64,000 nucleotides of DNA, taken from Basidiobolus meristosporus CBS 931.73. Its lineage: Eukaryota > Fungi > Basidiobolomycota. The stretch's first letter is position 1. Each line of letters opens with the position of its first letter. The position numbers and the translations under genes are program-made. This document shows positions 9,869 through 21,532 of this stretch, piece by piece. Below the pieces are notes generated by a model. It saw nothing but the letters and a program-made list of their open reading frames with translations, ran no database searches and was not told the DNA's origin. The stretch covers positions 1 through 64,000 of the forward strand of contig MCFE01000086.1 of the NCBI GenBank assembly GCA_002104905.1. Direction: 5' to 3'.

Positions 9869-12800
9869 GCTAAATGTTCATACTGACTAGTCCTAATTTC
9901 AACCTAAGATATTCAAACTTGTCTCTAGCTAATGGTTTGGTAAATATGTCTGCAATCATTTCATCTGTAGGACAGTAAACTAAGCTAACTAAGTTATTCT
10001 CTATAGCTTCACGTATGAAATGATGTCAAATATCTATGTGCTTGGTTCTAGCATGAAAAGTTGGATTTCTACCTAATTGTATACATCCTTGATTATCTTG
10101 AAATAAAGTAATAGGCGTTTTTTGACATAGGCCTAAATCTGTAAAGAGCTTTCTTAACCACATTGCTTCTTTTGTAGCTTCACAGGCTGCCATATACTCT
10201 GCCTCTGTAGTAGAAAGTGCTACGGTTGGTTGCTTTCTTGAATTCCATGAAATGGCTCCTTTACAGTAAAGAAAGGTGTATCCTGTGGTGGATCTTCTGT
10301 CTTCTAAATTTCGTCCCCAATCAGCACCAGAGTATCCCACAAGATCCTGTTCTGAATCCTTATAAGTGTATCTTAAGCAGATATTAGCAGTTCCTTTTAG
10401 GTATCTTAAAATTCACTTAACTGCTGCAATATGATCAGATCCATAATTCTGATTATGTTGGCTGACAACTCCCACTAAATATGAGATATCTGGACGTGTT
10501 CCAAGCATGATATACATCTGACTGTTGACCATAGATTGATAAGGAAAGTCAGGGCTTTCAGATGGCACCAAGCTCTCTTGATTTGGTTGAGTTTTGACCA
10601 AGTTAAGGTTTGTCTCCATTGGGGTAGCTGCCGGTTTACAGTCTTCCATTTTGTACTTCTTTAGTATATCTTGAATATACTTGGATTGACTCAGGGTAAT
10701 AGTCTGGGTACTTCTGTCTATGGAGAACTTAATCCCTAAGTAGTAACTAAGTTCTCCTAGATCGGACATCTTGAACTCCTTAGATAGGCTGGATTTAGTC
10801 TCTTCCAGTGTTTCTAGGTTATTGGCAGCTATAATAAGATCATCCACATATAGAGCTAATAGAACTGGATTTGCTCTATCTGGCTTATTGTATATACTAT
10901 AGTCAGCATTACTCCTTTTGAAACTCAAAGATTCCAAATAAGAATCTATCTTGCAATTCCAGGCTCTCGGTGATTGTTTGAGACCATATAGTGACTTTTT
11001 AAGCTTGCAGACCAAATGGGGGTTATCTTGGTCAACAAACCCATCAGGCTGGTCCATATACATGTCCTCATCAAGTTCTCCATTCAAAAATGCAGTTTTT
11101 ACATCCATTTGATAAATAGAAAACTTATATTTGGCTGCAATAGCCAATATTAATCTGATGGAATTAAACTTGGCTACCGGTGCAAAGGTCTCAGCATGGT
11201 CAAGTCCTTTTGTTTGAGAGTATCCTTTGGCTACAAGTCTTGCTTTGTATCTTTCAATTGTACCATCAGCCTTGTATTTTGTCTTGAAGACCCATCTGCA
11301 TCCAATTGATTTTCGGTTGATTGGTAATTTGACTAAGTCCCAAGTTTGATTTTCCATCAGTGCCTGATATTCCTCAGTCATTGCAGATCTCCAAAACTTT
11401 GTCTGAGGGCTATTTAGGGCCTCTTTTACAGTCTGGGGTTCATCAACATGGACTGAATAGGCATAGGCTAAGTTTGTACCCTCATTGATATAGTAATTTG
11501 GGCTATTTCTTGTCCGATTGGATCTCCGGGCATTTGATACTGGAATGATCACTTCTGGGATATTCCTGGGCACTGATTCTGGCTGAACCACAGTTTTAGA
11601 GTCCTCTGGAGTGAAAAAATTTTCATTGTTTTGCTCTGATTCAATCCTGACAATTGGTGGACTTGAGATCAAATTTACGTCATCATCTGATGTCATTTTT
11701 TGTGAAAATTTTGAATTTTCATCAAACAACACATCCCTGGACTTGATCAGCTTCTTTGCTTTGGTATTGTAGAGTCTGTATGCCTTACTCTCATTGCAGT
11801 AGCCCAAAAATATGCATTTTACACTTTTTGGCTCAAATTTTGACTGATTTCCGGCCAGTTTTCTGGCATATGCTGTACACCCAAATATTCTTAGATGTTC
11901 TGCACTTGGTCTGTATCCATACCATGCTTCAAATGGAGTAGAATCACAAAGTATTCTGTTATAACTCCTATTTTTAAGATATACAGCAGTGGCAACTGAT
12001 TCCGCCCAAAAATCATAGGATAATTTTTGATCATGGATCATAGATCTTGCCATATCAATTATTGATCTGTTAGCTCGTTCTGCTACGCCATTTTGCTGTG
12101 GGGAGTATGGTACAGTAGTCTCTTGCTTTATCCCATGAATTTTGCAGAAGTGGATGAAGAGTTTTGAGGTATATTCTCCACCATTGTCAGAGCATATTAT
12201 CTTGATTTTTTCACCAGTGTCTCTCTCAACCATGGCTTTAAACTCCCTGAACTTAGACAGAGCTTCTTCCTTTTTCTCCATCAAGTAGACCCATGTGTAT
12301 CTTGTATAATCATCAATAAAAGTGATCAAATACTTCATCCCACCTAAGGATAAATTTTGCATAGGTCCACACAGATCTGAGTGAATTAGATCTAATTTTT
12401 TTCTTAGTTTTGATTAACCCAGAGCTCTTGAACGGTTGTCTGGCTTGTTTCCCATATATGCAGGCTTCACAGTGCTCCAAAATAGCTGGGGGATCAATTT
12501 TCACTCCAGAAATTAGCTGATCTTTGATCATTTTACGCAAATAATCAAAATTGATGTGTCCAAATCTCCTGTGCCAAAGCATTGGTGTTTCTTCATTTAA
12601 GTTACTTATATTGGCTTCCAGATATGATGGAATATAAGTCAACTTGTATAGGTTCTGATCTCTGATGCCCAAAGCAATATGAGCACCATTTTGATTAGTG
12701 ATCCTGCATCCAGAATTGTCAAAACTGAAACTGAGTCCTTCTGCCATGGCCTTGCTTACAGAGAGTAGGTTCTTGGCTATTTCTGGTACATAGAGTACTT

Positions 12801-13842
12801 CTTTAAAGGTCAGTGTATGGCTTCCTTCACTGCTTCTAAGGTTTACTTGGATAGTTCCTTCTCCCACTGCATCAAGTGTTCTATTGTCACCCATGAAAAC
12901 CTTCTTAATTGGAATTTCTTGATATTGGGTAAAAAGTTCTTTTTGGCGTGTAAAGTGTTGAGAAGCTCCAGAGTCAATATACCACGTCTGAGAATCCTTG
13001 TTTGTGGTCATATTTAGTGCAGATATGAATAGTCTATCTTCAGTTGTTGCAGCATTTCCATATTCAGGCTTCTTTTGCTGATAATCTCTCTTTTTGAAAC
13101 ACCGGTCTGATGTGTGTCCTTTCCTTTTGCAGTGGTTGCAAAATAGATTGCTGTTGCCTTTGTAGGGTCTTGGGTACCTCCTTTGTTGGTTATCATTGCT
13201 TATTAAAGCATTTTCTTCTTCCTTCTTATTGGCGCTTGAGTTTCTTAATTCTTCATCCAGGAGCCTTCCATATACATAATTTAACGTCAAATCTTCAGTT
13301 CTGGACTCTAGGGCTGATACAAGGCCCTGAAACTTGTCTGTCAGGCTATTCAGGATGGTAACTATCACATCCTCATCAGTAGTTGGTATGCCCACAGATT
13401 CCATCTCATCTACCAGCAGGGTAATTCTGTTAATTAGATTTTTCATTTCTTCTCCTGGCAGCATCTTTGTAGTAAAGAGTTTTCTTCTCAGATACATTTT
13501 CTTGGCAGCTGAACATGACTGGTAGGTGTCTTCTAATGCCTTCCAGGCATTCTTTGCCGTTTTTGCTCTTGAGCATTGATTTAGCAATTTGTCCTTGACA
13601 TTAAGGCAAATGCAGTTAAAGGCACTTTGTTCTTTCTTCTGGTACTTTAAGGCTTCCTCTCCCACGTTTTTAGGAGGGCATTCTTCTCCCATGACAATAT
13701 CCCAAAGGCCTCTTTCTTGCAGCAGCATCTTCATCTTCACCTTCCACACTTGGTAGTTAGATCCATCCAACTTTTCAGCAGAGGGAAAAATTCCAATAAT
13801 AGCAGTAGTAGACATTGCAGAGAGTGACAGCTCGGGGCTCAT
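9869..13842 (-). pseudogene. Copia gag-pol of element 2, with one frameshift (about 12400) and one nonsense codon (about 10413)
   Basis: gag LDGSNYQVWKVKM, zinc knuckle CNHCKRKGHTSDRC, protease WYIDSGAS, integrase HRRFGH...CEAC and SDNGGEY...[26 protein letters not shown], RNase H EAEYMAACEA/RTKHIDI. Confidence 0.93.
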
Positions 13843-13846
13843 AACC
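13829..13846 (-). promoter_or_regulatory. Primer-binding site GGTTATGAGCCCCGAGCT, complementary to the anticodon arm of initiator tRNA-Met (half-tRNA priming type)
   Basis: Lies directly 3' of the 5' LTR. Its complement GGGCTCATAACC matches the fungal iMet anticodon loop region. A decayed copy, ggctatgagcccc, is at 43930. Confidence 0.8.
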
Positions 13847-16800
13847 TGCTGTAAGAGTCTTGGAGATATTGGAAGTGATTTGGAGAACAAGTAGATTATG
13901 TGGTTTTCACTTAATGATTTATTGAATGTAAAAGTAGTGTTTATACTTTTACATGGTCTTGGCATTACAAACACGTAGAATAGGTTAAGGAAGGTCCCAA
14001 GAACATGTGTGCAAAGTTTGGGGCTGTTTGGACCACTTTGAGAATTTTCATGTTCTGGGTACCTGGTATTTTGGTGAAAATATTCCAAGTAAATCCCGAC
14101 AAGGAATTTGGTCAGTATTCTCTAGGATTTGAAGGTGATGATCTAAGTGACTAAGTTAGGTGAATATTTAGGTGGAAAATACAAATTTTTACAACAGGTT
14201 ACAGAGAGTAGGTTCTTGGCTATTTCTGGTACATAGAGTACTTCTTTAAAGGTCAATGTATGGCTTCCTTCACTGCTTCTTAGGTTTACTTGGATAGTTC
14301 CTTCTCCCACTGCATCAAGTGTTCTATTGTCACCCATGAAAACCTTCTTAATTGGAATTTCTTGATATTGGGTAAAAAGTTCTTTTTGGCGTGTAAAGTG
14401 TTGAGAAGCTCCAGAGTCAATATACCACGTCTGAGAATCCTTGTTTGTGGTCATATTTAGTGCAGATATGAATAGTCTATCTTCAGTTGTTGCAGCATTT
14501 CCATATTCAGGCTTCTTTTGCTGATTATCTTTCTTTTTGAGACACTGGTCTGATGTGTGTCCTTTCCTTTTGCAGTAGTTTCAAAACAGGTTGCTGTTGC
14601 CTTTGTAGGGTCTTGTGTACCTCCTTTGTTGGTTATCATTGCTTATTAAAGCATTTTCTTCTTCCTTCTTATTGGCGCTTGATTTTCTTAATTCTTCATC
14701 CAGGAGCCTTCCATATACATAATTTAACGTCAAATCTTCAGTTCTGGACTCTGGGGCTGATACAAGGCCTTGAAACTTGTCTGTCAGGCTATTCAGGATG
14801 GTAACTATTACATCCTCATCAGTAGTTGGTACACCCACAGATTCCATCTCATTTACCAGCAGGGTATTTCTGTTAATTAGATTTTTCATTTCTTCTCCTG
14901 GCAGCATCTTTGTAGTAAAGAATTTTTGTCTCAGATACATTTTCTTGGCAGCTGAGCATGACTGGTAGGTGTCTTCCAATGCTTTCCAGGCATTCTTTGC
15001 TGTTTTTGCTCTTGAGCATTGAATTAGCAATTTGTCCTTGACATTAAGGCAAATGCAGTTAAAGGCACTTTGTTCTTTCTTCTGGTACTTTAAGGCTTCC
15101 TCTCCCACATTTTTAGGAGGGCATTCTTCTCCCATGACAATATCCCAAAGGCCTCTTTCTTGTAGCAGCATAGAATAAGTTAAGGAAGGTCCCAAGAACA
15201 TGTGTGCAAGGTTTGGGGCTATTTGGACAACTTATCTAATTTTCATGTTCTGGGTAAATATTCTAAGTAAATCCTGACAAGGAATTTGGTCAGTATTCTC
15301 TAGGATTTAAGGGTAATGATCTAAGTGACTAAGTTAGGTGAATATTTAGGTGGAATTACGAATTTTTACAACAACTACTTCCACAAATGTTTACAATTAA
15401 AAAGTTGAAGGAAAAACACCAGCTGAATGCCAGCAAGATACCATTAGAGTACAAGCAGAATACTGTCAGAGTATCAGATGAATTCCAAGTGTGAGATTTT
15501 TCATAAGGATATTAGGGTATCTGGTTTAGCACCTAGATAGCTCATATACAATGACCAGTTTGTGAATTTGCTGGAATTCTGTAGGTTTCCAAAAATCCCA
15601 AGCTTGTCCAGAAAATCCCACACTCTGCTGGCAACATTCAGGGAGCATACTCAAAGCACTCCTACCGTTACATTCATGACGTTTCACAATAAGTGTGAAT
15701 CCTGTGCTTCAACCGTTTACACCACTGACCAGTGCAATACCCACTTTCTTGTGATCCCAGATCACTTCCAAAGCTCCCAGAGCTCTTCCGGCAACTGAGG
15801 GAGGTTGGTGTGCACCAAGACCTGAGTCGTGGAAAACCTTATGTGTTGCAACACCAGGGTCAGCTTGTCAAGTCCCACCAAAAGAATGAATCCCAACCTT
15901 TCAACCATGTTCCCAAGTGACACTGTTGAGCAAATCCCGTATTTGAGATCCAGAAGATCTGGGTAGCACCAGCCAGTCCCCATCATGGCCCAGGTATTCT
16001 GGATCCAATTCCCAGGCCGTGGTTGAAGTTCGCCAATGGGCATAACAGGAGCACTGCGTAGGAATCCTTGGAATGGTACCCATCTTTCTGGCGGCGTGAT
16101 CTAGGAGATCCGATCGGGTGCGGCGGGATCGGGGGACTTCGCATGGGGTTGAGTGCCCTTGGATACAATGGATATTGATCTGGCGAGATGCTACCGCTTG
16201 CCTCCTGCAATTCGTTTGTACCATGTCGTACAGAGGGGACGAACGCTCCATTTGGCACGGATTGGCTTCGATGGTTGTCAACCATGTACACGCCCAAAGT
16301 ATTGTGTTTGTTGGGTAAGGATTTTCGACTATGTTGCCAAAAAACCTTATTTGTTGGACTCCACTGTAGCTTGTTCCTCCAGATCATGAACATATGCGCA
16401 GCTCCATGGACACCGTGTCGGGTAATGGTGCTTTGCCCTATGGATCCCCACCGGGTGTAGAAACCCACACCCTCCCGCCATCCTCCAAACCTTCCCGATG
16501 CTAAGACAGATAGCGCATCGATCGGGTGGACAAGACAGTTTTTGGCAAGTATGCTGGAGCAATGGGCATCGATTGCAGCTCAGGGTTATTCAGCAACGAA
16601 TGCATTCTGTGATCCAGCGCCGGCCAATTCCGTGCTCACCGATGACTGCTATTTCGTCATAAGACCAAAGTGTTCCTTAATTCGGGCTGATGTACCTATT
16701 AGGCAAAATTAGTGTGCATCTACGTGAGATTCGTACATGCCCGTATCTCCCTAGGTGTCACCAATCATATTGGTGTCCCATCTCCAAGTGTCAATCCTTA

Positions 16801-17145
16801 AAGGTAAATCTTGGGCCACCCCCCGTTCAATATCGGTGGAGAGGGAAGGCAGCGTCGCTCGAGTCATTGTTAGTCTTGCAGCGACCTAGCCTTGGAATGT
16901 GTTGAGGGGAGTGTTAGTGAGGCTTATCGCATCGTTGTCCTCCGGATACCGCTAGAACGATCCATCGCGAGGCGAACCTGATTGGTCACACACTGGATAC
17001 CGATTGATTGGTAAATGGGTCCGTAGGCTCTCCAATCGAACCGAATATTCCACAGAATAGGAACTCGGTTTCCACGGTTCTCTTTTTTTTATCTATTCCG
17101 TATTTATTCCCCGGCTGCCTTGCCCTTTGACTTGTTAAACTAAGT

Positions 17146-18942
17146 ATGGCAGACCCCAAATTAGACGTCGACCATAACGTCGAAACATTATGGGACGCTG
17201 AGCAAATCAACTACGAATCCGAGAAGATCCCTCTGAGCCCATACGCAATCCTTCTGACCTTCTTCGCGGGGATCGGTGGGCTGCTGTTCGGTTACGATAC
17301 GGGTATCATCTCGGGCGCCATGTTGACTATGAAAGAGGAGTTCAACCTGGACACTGTTCAGCAGGAATTCATCGTAGGAGGTAAGTTTTCGCCTCTTTCT
17401 ACCCTTCGGACCTTCTCTCACCCCACCCAGGTCTTACTTTGGGTGCCATTTTCGGTGGCCTGGCTGCTGGTTTGTGTAGTGATATATTTGGCCGTAAACC
17501 GGTCATCATGACCTCCTCGGTGATTTTCACGGGCAGTGCACTCATCATGGCATTTGCCAAGACGTATGGGGTTCTTCTGGCTGGCAGATTTCTGGTTGGT
17601 TTTGCGGTTGGTCTGGCGAGTATGGTCATCCCAGTGTACATTGGAGAGATTGCCCCCAGGTGAGTGTTTGAAGTGACCCGGCCAGTGCAGTAGATACTCA
17701 TGGTTTGATATAGACGTATTCGAGGGACCCTGATCGTGACCAACGTTCTGCTGATTACGGGTGGTCAGCTGTTGGCCAATATTATTAGTTACGCGGCGCA
17801 CGACGTGCAGGATGGCTGGAGATACACGATCGGCTGTGCGGGCATCCCGTCGATGATCCAATTCTTCGGTAAGTGTGGCAATCATCAGGATAGCGGGCAT
17901 TCGATGCTGACCAAAATAACCAGGTATGCTATTGCTTCCCGAGAGCCCCCGCCATCTCATCCGAAAGGGGAGAATAGAACAGGCCAAGCAGGCGCTACAG
18001 AAAATCATCGGCAAAAACGTAAACCCACGGATCATCGATTTCGAGATTTCCAGCATACGCAGCACGTTGTCCGATACCGCCCGCCTGACCGAGGTTTTCA
18101 AGAAGGAGAATATCCGCCCGTTGATCATCGCAGTCGGGCTCCAGATCTTCCAACAGCTGTCTGGCATCAACACCGCCATGTACTACTCGGCGACCATCCT
18201 CAAGATGGCTGGCTTCGATAGCAACGCGAGTGCAACTTGGTTCTCAATCTTCATCGCCGCATCCAACGTGACCATGACAGGTATTGCATTTTCGAGCTTC
18301 GATGTGTGTTGAATTCTGGCATCTAATCCATTGCTGGCAGCGGTGGCGATGTATCTCATCGACAAGGTCGGCAGAAGAAGAATCCTCTTGTACACCATCA
18401 CCGGCATGGCGGCCTTCCTAACTCTGCTTGGTGTTGCGTTCTACTACTTGTTGGGCATCCCCTCGTACTTTGACTCTTGCGCTGAATACGGGGCGGTGTG
18501 CGCGGCCTGCATCTCAGACGATCGCTGCGGCTTCTACCAGAACATGTGCGTCGACAAGTCTAAATTCCTTGGTTTGGCCAGTGAAAACTGTGGGTCGGGC
18601 CGCCCGTGGTCCAGTTGGCTGGCTTTGGCCAGCATCATCATTTATGTAGGCTTCTACGCTCTCGGACTAGGCAATATCCCTTGGGTGGTACAGAGTGAGA
18701 TCTTCCCCCTGTCCATTCGTGGAAAAGCTTCCGGTATTGCTACGGCAGCCAACTGGATTTTCAACCTAATCATCTCCATGACCTTCCTGTCCCTTACTCA
18801 ATCCATTTCCCAAGCCGGAACCTTCTGGCTCTACGGGGGAATCGCCTGTCTGGGCTGGCTGTTCGTCTACTTCTTACTCCCCGAGACCAAGGGCAAGAGT
18901 TTAGAGGAAATTAGAGGGCTCTTCTCCAAGAAAATGTCTTAG
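17146..18942 (+). CDS. Myo-inositol/sugar porter (MFS, ITR/HMIT-like); exons 17146-17380, 17431-17659, 17714-17868, 17924-18280, 18341-18942
   Basis: Four GT-AG introns join the ORF pieces in frame. Motifs FGYDTGIISGA, FGRKPVI, PESPR, QQLSGINTAMYY, GRRRILL and PETKGKSLEEI. A Cys-rich extracellular loop, as in HMIT-type porters. Confidence 0.92.
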
Positions 18943-19442
18943 TCCGAGCCGCATCCACTGCTGGCCCCAAATATCCCCACCCGGGAGCCCAGCATCATAT
19001 CCGACTATCACCCTAGAATTCGTAGAGGTGCACTTTTCCATCGACTCTGTCGGTTTATACCAATTCAAAATCAAATAAACAATGAATCAATCCCACCTGC
19101 CATGCCAGCGTGGCCAAATGGAGCGTGGATCGGTCCATTCCATCAGGTCATGATGGGATGGCTGAGATTGGTGTGGGAGCTCAGTGCCACTGGCACCCAT
19201 ATGGTAAATTCCTGAGATCCCAGGCCAGGCTGATTGTTCAGTCCATAATCCCTAAAAGTGTGGCCTAAAATACCATATATATGATGATTGGGATTGGATT
19301 CCAGCTGCGTTGAAAATATCCGCAAAAAAAATCCATCGACCTCATCAGCATCCGCGGCCATGCCTCGTCTCCCCCTAAAAATGGATGTCGCCGATTTAGG
19401 CCCCCTCAGAGTGGTTTCTCTTCACCTCAACTAAAGTTAACT

Positions 19443-20804
19443 ATGGCCTGGGGAAATCCTGGACCGAGTCCAGCAGACGAGTGGGTCAAGAAGTTGGAAA
19501 CAAACGATCCCGCCTTCAGATCGCTACACATCCTTAGCTTCCGTCGAATCAGCCAGCCCGACTTTCAACGTATCTTCGCGGCCCTTGGGAAAAACACCGT
19601 CTTGTCCGAGCTCTACTTATCCGGACATAGATTGGAGAGCGATACCCTGAAAGTGCTATCCGATGCCTTAGCCACTAACAAGGCTCTTCAGCGGCTTAAT
19701 GTGGGCCACAATGAGTTCGGCTCCGACGAAAACGCCTCCAACTTCCAAGTGCTCTGTGAGGGACTGAAACGCTGTGAAGGGCTTAGAAACCTTGATCTTG
19801 AAAACAAGGGCATTGGTGCAAAGTGCGCTCAAATACTGGGCCATACCCTAGCAGTTAACAAGAGCCTAGTCGAGCTGAATTTATCTAGAAACCAGATTAA
19901 CGATGTGGCTATGGAGGCCTTGTGTGAATCGCTTGGTGACGATGTAATGAGCCTCGAGAAGTTGGATTTATCGGCCAACGAGATCTCATACAAGGGGGCT
20001 GCCTCTTTGGCCAAACTCCTGGTCGACGAGAGAGTGAGACTTACGGAGCTGGTGCTCTCCGAAAATCCACTTGGTGCCAAGGGAGGAGCTGAAATTGCGA
20101 AAGTTTTGGGCCAAAACCAACGTCTGAGCGTGTTGAAGATTGCCTTTATTGACCAAGAGTCGGCCGACTTTCAGGTTGTTGGAGATTCTCCTGGTGACGC
20201 TGTTCTCTCCACTCTTGCTGAATCGCTTGATGCGTCTTCCAACTTTGGAGTCCGCAGCCTCTGGATGGATGGGTGCAGAATCAGTCATGAAGGCGCCATC
20301 AACCTTGCGAAAATTATCAAACACACTAGGCTAGAGGAGATCCGTCTACGCAGCAACCAGGTTGGAGATGAGGGTGTCCGCTATATCAGTCAAGCCATTT
20401 CAGAGCCAAACTCCACCATCCGCAAGCTTGAGCTAGGAGAGAACGGGATCACGACCATCGGCTTTGAGGCGTTGTTGAGCGCCAATGCCCTGGAATACCT
20501 TGGCCTTTTCAACAACAAAGTTGACTTTGCTAATGGGGTGCCTAGTACCGAAATCACCGTGCCACTGGCAAATCTGCTTACACTAGATCTCGGATGTAAC
20601 AATATCTCCACCGAGAGCTTCACTCTCGCCTGCCAAACCCTCATCAGCGGATTTGCCCCCTCCTTAAGAACCCTTGAGATGGGTGGAAACCTGGTTGACG
20701 GCAATGAGAATGTTTGGGAGGAATGGACCGAGAAGGTCAAACAAACCAGAGAGATGCTGAATATCATGTGGAAGCAGAATCTTCAAAACCAAAATCAGCC
20801 ATAA
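19443..20804 (+). CDS. RNI-like leucine-rich-repeat protein, single exon, 453 aa
   Basis: Repeated LxxLxLxxNxIgxxG units (LRNLDLENKGIG, LVELNLSRNQIN, LEKLDLSANEIS, LEEIRLRSNQVG). Confidence 0.88.
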   Translation: MAWGNPGPSPADEWVKKLETNDPAFRSLHILSFRRISQPDFQRIFAALGKNTVLSELYLSGHRLESDTLKVLSDALATNKALQRLNVGHNEFGSDENASNFQVLCEGLKRCEGLRNLDLENKGIGAKCAQILGHTLAVNKSLVELNLSRNQINDVAMEALCESLGDDVMSLEKLDLSANEISYKGAASLAKLLVDERVRLTELVLSENPLGAKGGAEIAKVLGQNQRLSVLKIAFIDQESADFQVVGDSPGDAVLSTLAESLDASSNFGVRSLWMDGCRISHEGAINLAKIIKHTRLEEIRLRSNQVGDEGVRYISQAISEPNSTIRKLELGENGITTIGFEALLSANALEYLGLFNNKVDFANGVPSTEITVPLANLLTLDLGCNNISTESFTLACQTLISGFAPSLRTLEMGGNLVDGNENVWEEWTEKVKQTREMLNIMWKQNLQNQNQP

Positions 20805-21532
20805 TTACCCATTGTCCATTGAGTTGTTCTAGAAATAAATCTGTGAATACACGAGTATTGGAATTGATGTCCTGACGACTGTCGCGATTGCAGGCGAGCT
20901 AGCAGTTCGGAGCTGGCTCGTTCACATGCAGACTTGGATTTAGTGCCGTGGTCTCCATATGTGGGGTGACGGTGCAGCAGGTAATCTGAGCACACCACAA
21001 ACGAGTATAATATCAGTTTCACCCCTGAACGGTAATCCAGAGGCCACAGTCGAGTTTATGTACTCGAGGGAAAGAGGCCTAATGCCACACTGGGAGCGTA
21101 TCATTGATGAACCTAATTCCCGTGGTCAATACGCGAGAGTTCCAGACAATTCAGGGCTGTGGAGCTCTCTACCTTTCGATTGGTATCCGTAAAGGAGAAA
21201 TCAAACTATTTGATGCATGGCAGTGATTAACGTGAAATCCGCCATCGCTTAATATCTCTAGGTACGGTCGTATTAGTACAATTCCAGCACATCTTGGAAA
21301 GTTTACATTGGGGATGGTGCTCCACCTCCCCTGATACACCTTAAACTTGATTCAGAGATTCTAGAGTCACGCTGTTGTTTCTAATACAAATTGGGTCTTC
21401 AATACGGTCCTCTTTGTTGCTTGAAAAACTAATCGATGAGATAGTGATATAAAAGTCAACTTCCCCTTCTTCTTTCGGTCTATCGTCACGTACAGCCCAA
21501 GCCTCATACGACCCTCAGCTCACACTTATCAA

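Larger units (their letters stand above)
9510..14196 (-). mobile_element. Ty1/Copia element 2, full length and young, nested in element 1; LTRs 9510-9858 and 13847-14196
   Basis: The two LTRs differ at only 5 positions by my manual alignment. TSD gctta (9505-9509) / ggtta (14197-14201). PBS and PPT are both present. Order gag-PR-IN-RT-RH. Confidence 0.96.
6271..15373 (-). mobile_element. Ty1/Copia element 1 (defective), interrupted by element 2; 3' LTR 6271-6619, partly deleted 5' LTR 15172-15373
   Basis: LTR TGTTG...CAACA (349 bp). PPT-like ctgggtgggag on the minus strand. Broken RH/RT/IN frames at 6630-9509 ([30 protein letters not shown]). gag/protease frames at 14197-15171. Flanks acttc (6266-6270) and actac (15374-15378). 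Confidence 0.92.

Noticed and set aside
13829-13846. tRNA-like sequence GGGCTCATAACC
   Set aside because: Only the primer-binding complement; there is no cloverleaf, so it is not a tRNA gene. I saw no rRNA, tRNA or CRISPR array anywhere in the window.
15560-16950. Short overlapping ORFs with faint DIRS-RT-like or WGR-like wording (RLGFILL...QHIRF; FYTRWGSIG)
   Set aside because: The motifs lie in different frames and are too degenerate to support any family call.
19143-19361. 72-aa minus-strand ORF divergent from the LRR gene
   Set aside because: No recognisable motif or convincing splice structure; it lies in probable promoter sequence.
20795-21192. Short ORFs between the LRR and aquaglyceroporin genes
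   Set aside because: No homology I can recognise, and no supported start or splice model.
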